From the NCBI GenBank assembly GCA_951406725.2, contig OX597827.1:76942001-77006000 (forward strand): a stretch of 64,000 bases of DNA. The letters are read 5' to 3'. The position numbers were made by a program, and so were the translations under genes. Positions 1 through 11,500 of this stretch are shown here, one piece after another. The stretch comes from Octopus vulgaris (taxonomy: Eukaryota). Position 1 is the stretch's first letter, and each line of letters starts with the position of its first letter. The notes under the pieces are model-generated. The model ran no database searches, was not told where the DNA came from, and saw only the letters and a program-made list of their open reading frames with translations.

Positions 1-858
1 CACTGACACACACACACACACACACACACACATTCACTGATACACTCATACACACACATACACACACTCACTCACTGACACACACACACACTCACTGATA
101 CACACATATATACACATACACGCATACACTCTCACTTATACACACACACATTCATACATACACACTCATTCACACACACACACTCACTGACACACACACA
201 CACACAGACACACACTCACACACAGACACACACATACAAACACAGACACTGACACACACACACACACACACACTCACTGATACACTCATACACACACAGA
301 CACACACTCACACACAGACACACACATACAAACACAGACACTGACACACACACACGCACACGTACAGACACTGACACACACATACACACACAGACACACA
401 CACACACACTGACACACACACACACATCTATAGGTGCACACACTTCCTTTCATAACAATAACAGTGATAAACTCACAAACAGACCAATATAGCAACACTT
501 CACATTCACACGCATACACACACCCACGTAGACTTACAATGCCATTATTGTAATCATACACATACGCATACACATACATACAAATGTCTGAGTGTGTGTG
601 TGTGTGTACATAAAGACACACACGCACACACACACACATTTCTGTTGATGTTACCAAAAAAGCATTTAAGAATTCACAACCATATTAGAGTCCAACATTC
701 TAATACACAACCCACTGGATTACTGGATTAGCCTTAATTAATTAATTACACAACACACACACACACATATATATATAATATATGTGTATATATATGTGTG
801 TGTATATATATACATGTATATATATATATGTATATATATATACATGTATATATATATA

Positions 859-946
<88 letters not shown>

Positions 947-996
947 ATATACATACACATACATATGTTGTATATATGTATGTATTTGTGTGTGTT

Positions 997-1044
<48 letters not shown>

Positions 1045-1080
1045 TCTTTAAGCTTATGGTTTGTGTGTGTGTGTGTGTGT
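1..1080. repeat. Compound (CA)n/(TA)n/(TG)n microsatellite field
   Basis: Direct reading: CACA/CACT arrays 1-640 and TATA arrays 770-1035. Confidence 0.95.
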
Positions 1081-1092
1081 GAGCGTGTATAC

Positions 1093-1260
1093 GTGCAGGA
1101 GTGGCTGTGTGGTAAGTAGCTTGCTTCCCAACCACATGGTCCCGGGTTCAGTCTCACTGTGTGGCACCTCGGACAAGTGTCTTCTACTCTAGCCTCAGGC
1201 TGACCAAAGCTTTGTTAGTGGATTTGGTAGACGGAAACTGAAAGAAGCCCATCGTTTATG

Positions 1261-1294
<34 letters not shown>

Positions 1295-1519
1295 CACACA
1301 CATATATGTATGTATATATTTATGTGCGTGTGTGTGTGTGTGTTTGATAACCGATGTTGGTGTGTTTACTTCCCAGTCACTCAGCAGTTCGGCAAAAGAA
1401 ACTGATGGAATAAGTACAAGGCTTACACAGAATAAGTCCTGGGGCTGATTTGTTCGACTAAAGGCAGTGCTCCAGCATGGCCGCAGTCAAATGACTGAAG
1501 CAAGTAAAAGAACAAAAGA
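1093..1519 (+). mobile_element. tRNA-derived SINE, family A, full length
   Basis: A-box-like TGGCTGTGTGG, B-box-like GGTTCAGTCTC, internal (TA)/(TG) linker, 3' tail GTAAAAGAACAAAAGA; near-identical to 48014-48432, 54204-54607 and 57484-57879. Confidence 0.9.
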
Positions 1520-1622
1520 TTATACATGGGGATGGGCATGGAATAAAGACACACACACACACACTATTTTTATTTGATTTTCGCTTTAGTTTTTGTTTAT
1601 ATTATTTTTTGTTTATATGTCT

Positions 1623-1665
1623 ATCAAAGCTCTTTCATGACACATTCTCTGACGTCATCAGTGAC
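1623..1665 (-). ncRNA. Degenerate minimal type I hammerhead ribozyme motif
   Basis: Minus strand GUCA-CUGAUGA-(18 nt, poor stem II)-GAA-AGAGCU-U-UGAU; stem I GUCA/UGAU. Confidence 0.4.
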
Positions 1666-1735
1666 TCTATGTCCAATGTGTGTCCTCTTGTCCTGCTTTT
1701 CCCATTTTGTGCTATATATACACATATACATATAT

Positions 1736-1774
1736 GTCTTTCTGCGAAGAGCGTAGGCTCGAAACGTAAAAGAC
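1736..1774 (+). ncRNA. Minimal hammerhead variant (GAGC/GCTC family), shortened core
   Basis: GTCTTT-CTGCGA-A-GAGC(GTAG)GCTC-GAA-ACGT-A-AAAGAC: perfect 6-bp stem I, 4-bp stem II, palindromic ACGT; element continues to about 1871 and ends in (TA)n. Confidence 0.65.
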
Positions 1775-1869
1775 TTGTTCTATTTCTATTCCTGAGAGCC
1801 ATACTAATACATTTGTTTGTTTGTACTCCACCTGCCTTCGTCTTTTGTTTATTTTCGTAAACCTTCCCG

Positions 1870-1923
<54 letters not shown>

Positions 1924-2022
1924 ATATTATTATTATTATTATTATTATTGTTATTAATAGCAATGGTATGACAACAAAAGAATGAAAGAGACCTCGATAT
2001 TATGTAAATAGAGGAATTTATC

Positions 2023-2148
2023 TGTAATATAATATGTGACAATTATTTGGTTGCCATGATAAAACTCCAAGATTTTTTTGATGGTCTTAATAACTGACGA
2101 GATGCCGGAGCAAACTTATGGCAACCAAATAATTGTCACATATTATAT

Positions 2149-2152
<4 letters not shown>
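2023..2152. repeat. Perfect 35-bp inverted repeat with 60-bp spacer containing CTGACGA
   Basis: 2023-2057 is the exact reverse complement of 2118-2152. Confidence 0.9.
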
Positions 2153-2193
<41 letters not shown>

Positions 2194-2220
2194 TTTACTT
2201 AAAGCAGCAGAAAATTCAAC

Positions 2221-2268
2221 AAAACCTGTTACTCTGAGTTTCCCGTTGCCGTTCATCGGACAGTTTTT
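2221..2268 (-). ncRNA. Minimal hammerhead variant (AAAACTGT family, U4C)
   Basis: Minus strand CUGU-CCGAUGA-ACG(GCAA)CGG-GAA-ACUCAGAGU-A-ACAG; same family as 14142-14187. Confidence 0.65.
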
Positions 2269-2270
2269 GC

Positions 2271-2301
<31 letters not shown>

Positions 2302-2423
2302 AGAAAGAGATGGACGCTTCAATTCTATACTGCTGCCGCATTATGTCGTACGCGAATGGTAGGATTTGCATCCCTAACCAAGAATTTTTGATGTAACACA
2401 TGTCCTTGTGGAAGCTGTTGTGC

Positions 2424-2501
2424 GCGGCTGAAGAAGGCCACAGACATACATTATGCATTGTTATAAATCTGTCTAATAAAGGCCCGAAACATATGTACCG
2501 C
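2424..2501 (+). ncRNA. Type I hammerhead ribozyme with long loop II
   Basis: GCGG-CTGAAGA-A-GGCC...GGCC-C-GAA-ACATATGT-A-CCGC: canonical core, perfect palindromic stem III, GUA cleavage triplet. Confidence 0.75.
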
Positions 2502-2534
2502 TGAATCCTTCGCATCATGTTTTTATTTTGATCA

Positions 2535-2577
<43 letters not shown>

Positions 2578-2579
2578 TA

Positions 2580-2740
2580 GGCATGGTTGTATGGTAAGAC
2601 ACTTTCTTCTCAACCACATTGTTCTGGGTTCAATCACATTGCATTGCACCTCGGGCAAGTGTCTTCTACTGTAGCCTTGGGCCAACCAACCAAAGCCTTG
2701 TGAGTGGATATAACAGACGGAAACTGAAAGAAGCCCATAA
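2580..2740 (+). mobile_element. SINE family A, 5' half
   Basis: Homologous to 1093-1255. Confidence 0.85.
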
Positions 2741-3835
2741 TGTACATACATACATACAGACAGGCAGGCAAACAGACAGGCAAGCAGACAGACATATACA
2801 TGTGTGTGTGTGTGTGAGATCAACTTTGAGATATTGAATTTCACAAAGAGGAGGATAAAGGAGTGAAGGGATTAGCAAATTTGCTGTAGGAAGAGAAGAC
2901 ATGTCTATCTCGGCAGAGATGGAATCTGAACAACATATTATTTATGTTTCCGTTCCTGCTCCGAGAGTCTGTCCTTGTCAAGTCTTCCCACATTTCATCT
3001 TCATAACAATCATCCCTTCATCACTCTTCTGTCTATGGCTCTGCCCATTCAGCTGCTGTAGTTATATGAGAGTAGAACTGTTCATATTTCATCCTGTCCT
3101 TTGTACTATTAGTTATCCCTCTCTCATTGGGACCTCTTCCTTTTGTCACCCTTCCTTTCTTCTCAGTATTGTCCCTTTGTATATTATACTTTCTACTGAA
3201 CTATGGTTTGGCTCTCATATCTCATCTGCCATCCACTTTTCTTCCTCGCTCTCTATGTCCACAACAATGTACCCCTGATCTCCATGTCTGTCAATGCCCC
3301 TCCTCTCCCCTCTCTCTCTCTTTCTCTCCCTCTCCCTCTCCCCCACACACTTCACATTATCTCCCTAGTTCTCCACTATCTCCTCTCCTTTATCACATTG
3401 CTCCTCTCCACCTCCTGTTTGTACTGTCATTTATCACCTCCCCTCCCTGAACAAATCCTATTTCCTTCACCTTCCCACTCCAAACTAATATTCACCACTA
3501 ATATATGTATGAAGGGCTTCTTTCAGTTTCTGTATACCAAATCCATTCACAAGGCTTTGGTCGGCCCAAGGCTATGGTAGAAGACACTTGCCCAAGGTGG
3601 CAATGACTAGTGACTGAGACCTTTGGCGATAGTCCGTGCTTGTACCTGTATTTCAAAGCCAGCCTTGTCACACACTGTGCCACGCTGAATCTCCCCTAGA
3701 ACTACGTTAAGGGTACATGTATCTGTGGAGTACTCAGCCACTTACATGTTAATTTCACAAGCAGGCTGTTCCATTGATCGGGTTAACTGGAACCCTCGTC
3801 ATTGTAACTGATGGGGTGCCACAATATATTTCATC

Positions 3836-4071
3836 ATCATCATCATCATCATCGTTTAACGTCTGTTTTCCATGCTAGCATGGGTTGGACGGTTCGACCA
3901 GGGTCTGGGAAGCCAAGAGGCTGCACCAGGCCAAGTCTGATCTGGCAGTGTTTCTACAGCTGGATGCCCTTCCTAATGCCAACCACTCCGTGAGTGTAGT
4001 GGGTGCTTTTTACGTGCCAGACGAGGCTGGCAAACGGCCACAATCGGATGGTGCCTTTTACGTGCCACCGG
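3836..4071 (-). mobile_element. SINE-like family B (GTGCCNNTGGCAC modules, (GAT)n tail)
   Basis: Reverse complement of GGTTGGCRTTAGGAAGGGCATCCAGCTGTAGAAAC...CCATGCTAGCATGG...(GAT)n. Confidence 0.85.
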
Positions 4072-4089
4072 CATATATATATATATGCA

Positions 4090-4625
4090 TACCTTTCCTT
4101 CATTGGACACTAAACTCTGTTTGCGAAGACCTGTTGAGGCAAGTGAAATCGAAATCACATTCGATGACTGGCATCCGTGCTTGTGGAGTGCTAAGAGCAC
4201 CATCCAAGCATGATTGTTGCTAGAGCAGCTAACTGGCTTCTGTGCCAGTGGCACATACAAAAGCACCATTCGAGCGTGATTGTTACCAGCGTCACCTTAC
4301 TGGTACTTGTACCGGTGGAACGTAAAAAAGACATTTAATCGAGGTCGTTGCCAGTGCCACTGGATTAGCTCCTGTGCAGGTGGCACATAAAAAATACCAT
4401 TCGAGCATGGCTGTTGCCAGTACCGCCTGACTGACCCTCGTGCCGGTGGTACATAAAAGTACCCACTACACTCTTGGAGTGGTTTGTGTTAGGAAGGGCA
4501 TCTAGCTGTAGAAACTCTGCCAGATCAGATTGGAGCCTGGTGCAGCCATCTGGTTCGCCAGTCCTCAATCAAATCGTCCAACCCATGCTAGCACAAAAAG
4601 CAGACGTTAAATGATGATGATGAGG
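4090..4625 (+). mobile_element. SINE-like family B, apparently full length
   Basis: Head CATTGGACACTAAAC...GAGGCAAGTGAAATCG shared with 32460 and 52147; repeated GTGCC..GGCAC-AAAAAGCACC modules; (GAT)n tail. Confidence 0.85.
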
Positions 4626-4676
4626 AGGATATTACTTAACAGCTGTTTATACACATACTAACAAAATCTTTATAAA

Positions 4677-4713
4677 CTGTTATTCAGAGTTTCACATCAC
4701 CATTTGTCAGACA
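4677..4713 (-). ncRNA. Decayed hammerhead motif (AAAACTGT family)
   Basis: Minus strand UGU-CUGACAA-AUG..UGU-GAA-ACUCUGAAU-A-ACA; core mutated. Confidence 0.45.
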
Positions 4714-4807
4714 ATAATGATAATGCACACGGTGCGTATATATGTAACCACATGTGAATCGTTGGCGATTTTCTTCCTCTGTCTTCCCTTCTTTTGGACT
4801 TTCCTCT

Positions 4808-4843
4808 GTTTCTGAAGAAGAGTGTCTGCTCGAAACGTTAAAC
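4808..4843 (+). ncRNA. Minimal type I hammerhead ribozyme, canonical core
   Basis: GTTT-CTGAAGA-A-GAGT(GTCT)GCTC-GAA-ACGT-T-AAAC, inside a ~195-bp element (about 4745-4940) bounded by TA-rich tracts. Confidence 0.75.
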
Positions 4844-5051
4844 CATCTTTCTTTCCTTTCCTGAGCATCTGCTAATAAATTACATGTACCACATCCTCAC
4901 GTTGTTGTGTTTATGTGTTTGTTCTTTTTTGGACTTACTATATATAAATATACATAATGTACTGATCCGTGATAGAAAATTAAACGAAAAATGTACTCCA
5001 TCCAATGAGAGATAAATATTATTATTTAAAGGACACAATACACGTATCAAA

Positions 5052-5103
5052 GCACACTAATAGCTTCATTTTTTGAGAGAACTCAAACATATTCTTCAGG
5101 TGC
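5052..5103 (-). ncRNA. Degenerate hammerhead motif
   Basis: Minus strand GCAC-CUGAAGA-AU..UUUGAG(UUCU)CUCAAA..AU-GAA-GCUAUU-A-GUGU; A15.1 is G. Confidence 0.5.
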
Positions 5104-5258
5104 AAAAGTAAATGCCGAACAATGGAATAAGTGCTCAACACTGCACTGGTGGATACAAATTCTTTATTTGTGAATTAAGGCTACCATTGGTTTCATGTTA
5201 TGAAAAGTAGGAAAATATCCTAGTGTCTTAACAATTTTCAAGTATATATATATATAAA

Positions 5259-5570
5259 GTGGAGGCGCAATGGCCCAGTGGTTAGGGCAGCGGACTCGCA
5301 GTCGTAGGATCGCGGTTTCGATTACCAGACCGGGTGTTGTGAGTGTTTATTGAGCGAAAACACCTAAAACTCCACGAGGCTCCGGCAGGGGGGTGGGGGT
5401 GGCGATCCCTGCTGTACTCTTTCACCACAACTTTCTCTCACTCTTTCTTCTGTTGGCCTGCTTGCTTAGCCAGCAGGGTGGCGTCATTTCAAGGCTAAAA
5501 CAATGTGAAGCGCATTGTGACCAGCGATGTGTAACAACATCTGATAGCCTGGTCGGTCACAGTCACGGTG
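5259..5570 (+). mobile_element. tRNA-derived SINE, family D
   Basis: A-box TGGCCCAGTGG, B-box-like GGTTTCGATTACC; near-identical copy at 29802-30115; partial copies at 32033, 41360 and 51875. Confidence 0.9.
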
Positions 5571-5851
5571 TATATATATATAAATACCCATTTGAGGTAA
5601 GACATTACTATTGATCACTAATATTTTTTCCTATCTTGTCTGTAATGGATTTGTGACTATTTGGTGGTATAGAAGTATTTTTTTACTTCTATCATTAGCG
5701 ATATAGGTACTCATATAGTACCCTTGTGTATATATGTACGTATCTAATATTGTATGTATATATTATATATATTCAAAATGTGACCACGTGTGTACCGTTG
5801 GCGATTTTTTTTTCCTCTGTCTTTCCTTCTCTGGATCTTTCCTTCTCCTAT

Positions 5852-5886
5852 GTTTCCGACGAAGAGCTCCGCTCGAAACGTTAAAC
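5852..5886 (+). ncRNA. Minimal hammerhead variant (GAGC/GCTC family, U4C)
   Basis: GTTT-CCGACGA-A-GAGC(TCC)GCTC-GAA-ACGT-T-AAAC, in element about 5772-5978 homologous to 32190-32408. Confidence 0.7.
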
Positions 5887-5977
5887 TCTCCTTCTTTCCT
5901 GAGCGTCCAATAATACTATATTTGTTCCACGTCCTCGCGTTGTTGTGTTTTTTTGTGCTTTCTTGTTTGGATTAACT

Positions 5978-6073
<96 letters not shown>

Positions 6074-6299
6074 CAAGAGAGGGAGGGAGAATTGAAGACT
6101 TTGAAGACTTACAGAATGGAGTATGGGAAATCAGCAACCTTCCATCTTAATAAACCACTGTTCTTCCTGAATGTTGATTTTTTTTATACATTCACTACAC
6201 ATTGCTTGAAGCTAACTTTCTTCCTACACCTTGATCCTTGGATCTTGTATTTATTTATATATACATACATATATGTATGTATGTACATACACACGTACA

Positions 6300-7338
6300 T
6301 ATATATATGTACTTAAGCACATACACACACACACACAAGTATACCACCACTACCACTACCAACCCAACTACTAATCACACCACCATTGCTGCCAACCCCT
6401 ATACTACGACCCATACCACTATAACCAACCACCACCACCACCACCACCACCACCGTCGCCGCCGCCCCCACCACTGTCTCCACCCACTTCCCAACCAACA
6501 CCACTCACCTTTTCCTGTACTCTCCCTCCCCCCCGCCTCTAGCACCACCATTCCTTGTTCCCCACCCTCCCACCCTTCTCCACTGATGAACTCAGCCACT
6601 CCTACATTCCACCACCTTAGGGTGGAAGGGGAGGGGACGGGGTGGGTGGCGGAGTGGCGGGGTGGGGTGGGGGTATGCAGGGTGTCTTGGGTGTTGTGTG
6701 CCCTACCACCAGCCTACTCTTCCTCCTCCTCCTCCTCCACCCCCACTAACATCTACATCTCATTTACATTGTTCCACCACCACCACCACCGCCAGAAACA
6801 CCACCACCACCCCAAACCCAGGGCACCTGTACACTGATGAAAAGGGTATGTTGAGGGTGGAGAGCAGTGTGTGTGTTCGCCTGTGTGTGTGTGTGTGCTA
6901 GGTGGTGGTGGGTAGGGGAGATCAAGGTGTCTTGGTGAAGGTGGTGGTGGTGGTGGTTATGGTGTTGGTAGTGATGATGATGATGATGATGGTAATGGTA
7001 TGTTTGTTAGTAGCAATGGTGGCAGTGGTGGGGGGTGGGGGTATGTCAGAGTGGAATGAAGCAAGGGTATGGCTGAGTGGTGGTGGTTGGTAGTGGGGGG
7101 AACGAGGTGTGTGTGAGAAAGAGAAAGAGAGGAGGAGAGACAAACTGGCAGCCTGGTGATGGTGGTGGTGGTGGTGGTTGTGGTGGTGGAGGCGGTCATG
7201 ACGGCTGGTGGGGCGTGGTGGTACATTCTAGCAATGCTGGCGATGGTGGTGGGGTGGCGAGGGTATGTCGATGGCACTGTTTGTATGATGGTGGTGGTGG
7301 TGGTGATGATGGTTGCGGCGGTGTGTAGGTTGTGTGTA

Positions 7339-7374
<36 letters not shown>

Positions 7375-10300
7375 TCACGTGGTGGTGTGTATGTTGTTAG
7401 ATGCTGGTGGCGGTGGTAGTGGTATTGAGGATGGTAGCGGCGGTGCATAAGCTTGTGCGTGTGTATGTGTGTGGTTATGCCTCTGTCGTGTGTGTATAGG
7501 TGTGTGTATATGTGTGTATGTGTGTGTGTGTATGTGCGTGTATATGTGTGTGTGTATGTGTGTGTATATGTGTGTGTGTGTATGTGTGTGTGTGCATGTG
7601 TGTGTATATATGTGTGTATGTGTGTGTGTATGTGTGTGTATATGTGTGTGTATGTGTGTATATGTGTGTGTATATGTGCGTGTATGTGTGTATATGTGTG
7701 TATGTGTGTATATGTGTGTATATGTGTGTGTGTATGTATGTGTATATATATATATGTGTATGTGTGTGTGAAGGTGCTGGGATATTTTTGTGGAAATGGT
7801 GTTGGTGGGTGCAATGTGTGTGTGTGTGTGTATATATATATATGTGTGTGCGTGAGTGTGTGTATATATATATATGCAGCTGTTTCTGTGCGCATGTGTG
7901 CGTTTGTTATGGTGATGTAAGGGTGGCTGAGAGGGTGAAAGGGTGTATAAATTGGATGTGTGTATATACGTGTGGATGCATATTGTGCATGCATATATCT
8001 TTCTGTACGTCTGCGTGTGTGTAAGTGCGTGTGTATATGTGTGTATGTATCAATATTCATGTGTATGCCTCTGTGCGTGCATGTGTATGTATGTATGTGT
8101 GTATGTATCTACGTGTGTATGTGTGTATGTATGCATGAATGTGTGTACGTATGTATGTGTGTGTATATATTTATGTATATATGTATGTGTGTGTGTGTGT
8201 ATATGTATGCATGAATGTATGTATGTATGTGTGTGTGTGTATGTATATGAATGTATGATGTATGTGTGTGTGTGTGTATATGTATGCATGAATGTATGTA
8301 TGTATGTGTGTGTATATATTTATGTATATATGTATGTGTGTGTGTGTATATATTTATGTATATATGTATGTATGTGTGTGTATATATTTATGTATATATA
8401 TGTATGTATGTGTGTGTATATTATGTATATATGTATGTGTGTGTATGCATGAATGTATGTATGTGTATGTGTGTGTGTGTGTGTGTTTGTTATGGTGGTG
8501 GGTGAAGTAAAAGGGTGTATGAACTGAAGATCTAATGTAGAGAAAAGACACGGTGGTGGTGGTGATGGTGGCGGTGGTGGAGGTGAAGTGAGATGTCGGT
8601 GGTGGTGGTGGTGGTGGTGGTGGTGAGGGTGGAAGCGGTCGGGGGGTGGGGGGGGGCCGGGAAGAATTGACATGTGACGTAGGGTGGGGAGAGTGAGAGG
8701 TGGAGGGGGAACGTGCGTGCGTTTAAAGCAAAGGGTTAGAGGTGGGAGTGGGGGTGAGGAAGTGGCGGGGTGGGTGAGGTGAGGGGAGGAAGAGGGCTGC
8801 GTTCAGTGTTGTTATTGTTGTTGTTGTTGATGTCTTTGCTGCTGTTGTTGTTGTTGTTATTGTTGGTGTTGGTGGTGGTGGTGGTGGTGGTGGTGGAGGG
8901 GGGGTGAAACGCTGAAGAACGCAAGTTGGGAGAATCGAGGGTGAAGGGAGGTGGAGGAGGGGGGGCCTGGTGGAAGAGCGGTGGTGGTGATGGAGGGCGG
9001 ATGGGCGGGTGGGTGTGTGGAGACAGGACATGTGACGTGCAGGGACGACGGGAAGGAGAAGTAGAGAGGTGACGAGGTGGAAGGGGGGGGGGGGGGAATG
9101 ATGGCAAAGCTAGCGTTGTTTGTGAAGGTGGTGGTGGCGGTGGCGGTGGTGGTGTTTGGCTGTTCGGCTACGATGCTGGCGACGGTAGCGGTGGCGGTGG
9201 CTATACTGGAAGTGGTGGTGGTAAGGGTGGTGGTGGAGGCAGCAGTGGCGCTGTTGTTTGCGGATATAATGATGATGATGATGGTGGAGATGGTGGTGGA
9301 GATGGCAGGACTGTAGGTGAAGGCTGTTGTCATAGCGGAGGTGGTGGTGGTGGTGGTGGTGGTGGCGGTGATTGTGCTAGCGTTGTTACTAATGGTGGTG
9401 GTGGTGTTGGCGTTACTGGTGGTGGTGGTGGTGGTGGTGGGGAGGATGTAGATAGAGGTTGTGAAGGTGATAGTGTTGTGGTGGTGGTGGTGGCGATGGT
9501 GGTAGGAAGAAGGGTAAAGGGGGAAAAAAAAAGCTAAAGAAGTCTTGCTGGTAATGGTGGGGAAGTAGTGTCGTGTGGGAGAAGGGAGGAGGAGGAGGAG
9601 GGAAGCACAATAACGTTGGCGGAGGAGCAGGTGACGTTATAGTGGTGGAGGTGGTGGTGGTGGCGGTGGAGACGGCGACGACGGCGGTGAGCTGAAATAT
9701 TTAGGAAGTGAAGTGTGTGGCAGCGGTGACGGCGAGGAGGTGAAGGAGAATATGACGAGGAGGAGGGAGGAGGGAGGAGGGTGCGAGGTGAATAAGGAGC
9801 GGTGCTAGGTGAAGGGGAGGAGGGAGGTGAATATGTGTGCGTATGTGTGTGTGTGTGTGTCCGTGTTGAATACATGTGTATGTGTATTCGTGCGTGTATG
9901 TGTACATGCGCGTGTGTTTGCGTCTGCTGCTTTCCTACTGTGTGTATGTGTGTCTGTTTGTGTGTGAGTGTATCTGTCTACGAGCGTGTGTGTGTCTGTG
10001 TGTGCTTGTGCGTGTTTTGTGTATGTGTTTCTGTTTGTGCGTCAACTTACACACACACAAACACACATATGCACACACACACACACTAACACATACATAT
10101 GCACACATACACATACGTGTGTATGTGTGTGCTGACGTATTTATACATGTGAATGTGTATGCGTGTGTGTGTGTGTGTGTGTGTGTGAATGTTTGCCTTA
10201 TCTCTGTCAATACGATGTCTGATGTGTGTGTGTGTGTGTGTGTATGTATGTGTGTGTGTCTGTTCTCTATGTGTAAGTATGTGTCTGCGTCAGCCTGGTC

Positions 10301-10834
10301 TCTGTACACGTGTGTGCGTATGTGCAAATCTATGTCTCACATATATGTGTGTGTATGTGTGCGTGTGTTGTTTGCGTATGCAATTGTATATGCTTTGAGA
10401 ATGTTCGCATTTGTGTATGTGTGTGTGTGCGTATGAAAGAGAGGGTGACGTTGGAGAAGTCGGAGGAGCGGAGGTAGAATAGATAGAGGCGGTGGTGGTG
10501 GTGGTGATGGTGGTGGTGGTGGTGGTGGCGGTGGTGGGTGTTGAATGTACAGACAGCTAGGTGAATGGGTGGGTGGAGGGAATGAGGTGGAGGTCTGTGT
10601 GTGTGTGTGTGTTGTAGTGGTGATGATGATGATGATGATGGCAATGGTGTGATGGTGTGCTGGAGGGGGAGGCGGAGGTGGTGAGATAGTGGTGTGATGA
10701 TGGTGTGCTGTAATGGTTTGGTGGCGGTGGTGGTGGTGGTGGTGTTGGTGTTAGTGTTGGTGGTAGTATGATGCAGAAGTAGTGGTATAAAAGTGGTCAT
10801 GCGTTGGTGTTGGCTAATGTTGTAGTAGTAGTAA

Positions 10835-10868
<34 letters not shown>

Positions 10869-11087
10869 GTTTGTTGTTGTTGTTGTGGTGGTGGTGGTGG
10901 TAGTGGTAGTGGTAGCGGTGGTGGTGGTAGTGGTAGCGGTGGAAGTGGTAATGGTGGTGATAGTAGTATAGTGGTATAGGTGGTAGTAGGTGTGGTGGCA
11001 GTGATAATGTAGTAGTAGTGGTGGTGGTGGTGGTTGCCTTGGTAGTAGTGGTGGTGGTAGTGGTAATGGTGGAGGTATGTAGTATAG

Positions 11088-11134
<47 letters not shown>

Positions 11135-11500
11135 GGTGGTGGTGGTATGAAATATAGAGGTGTGGGATGGCAACTTTGTGGGGGTGTAATGATAAGCTGG
11201 TGGTAACGGGGTGGTATAGGGATTGGGTGCTAATGTGGTGGTGGTGGAGGTGGTGGTGGTGCTGCTGTTTGTGTAGTAGTATAACTGTGATGTAATGGTA
11301 TAGCAACAATGGAGTGTTGTTTTAGTGGTATTCTAGTGAAGTAGAATATAATGGTGTAATGAGAAAACAGGATAAATATGTGTGTGTATATGTGTGTGTG
11401 TATGTGTAAGTATATATATATATGTGTGTGTGTGTGTGTGAGTGTGTGTATATACATATATATATATATACATACATACATACATACATATATGCATATA
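6300..11500. repeat. SINE-free domain of (GGT)n/(GT)n/(GAT)n/(TAG)n simple repeats with G-runs
   Basis: No copy of SINE families A-E seen over about 5 kb; strong G+T excess on + strand from about 6860. Confidence 0.8.
8600..9800. promoter_or_regulatory. Candidate CpG-retaining promoter or enhancer with repeated E-box/CRE composite sites and GC boxes
   Basis: GACATGTGACGT at 8669-8680 and 9027-9038, CAGGTGACGT at 9628-9637, GGGCGG at 8995 and 9003, many intact CpGs. Confidence 0.35.

Noticed and set aside
4125-4160. CTGTTGA-GGCAAGT-GAAA in the family B head as a hammerhead
   Set aside because: No stem II pairing and no conserved stem I or III among copies at 32480, 42255 and 52150
8524-8550. 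CTGAAGA-TCT(AATGT)AGA-GAAA hammerhead-like core
   Set aside because: No UH site with matching stems I and III in any topology; probably chance
8857-9480. Long Thr/Ser/Asn-rich (-) and Gly-rich (+) open frames
   Set aside because: Expected from degenerate (GGT)n. A low-complexity exon cannot be excluded without RNA-seq, but nothing supports it
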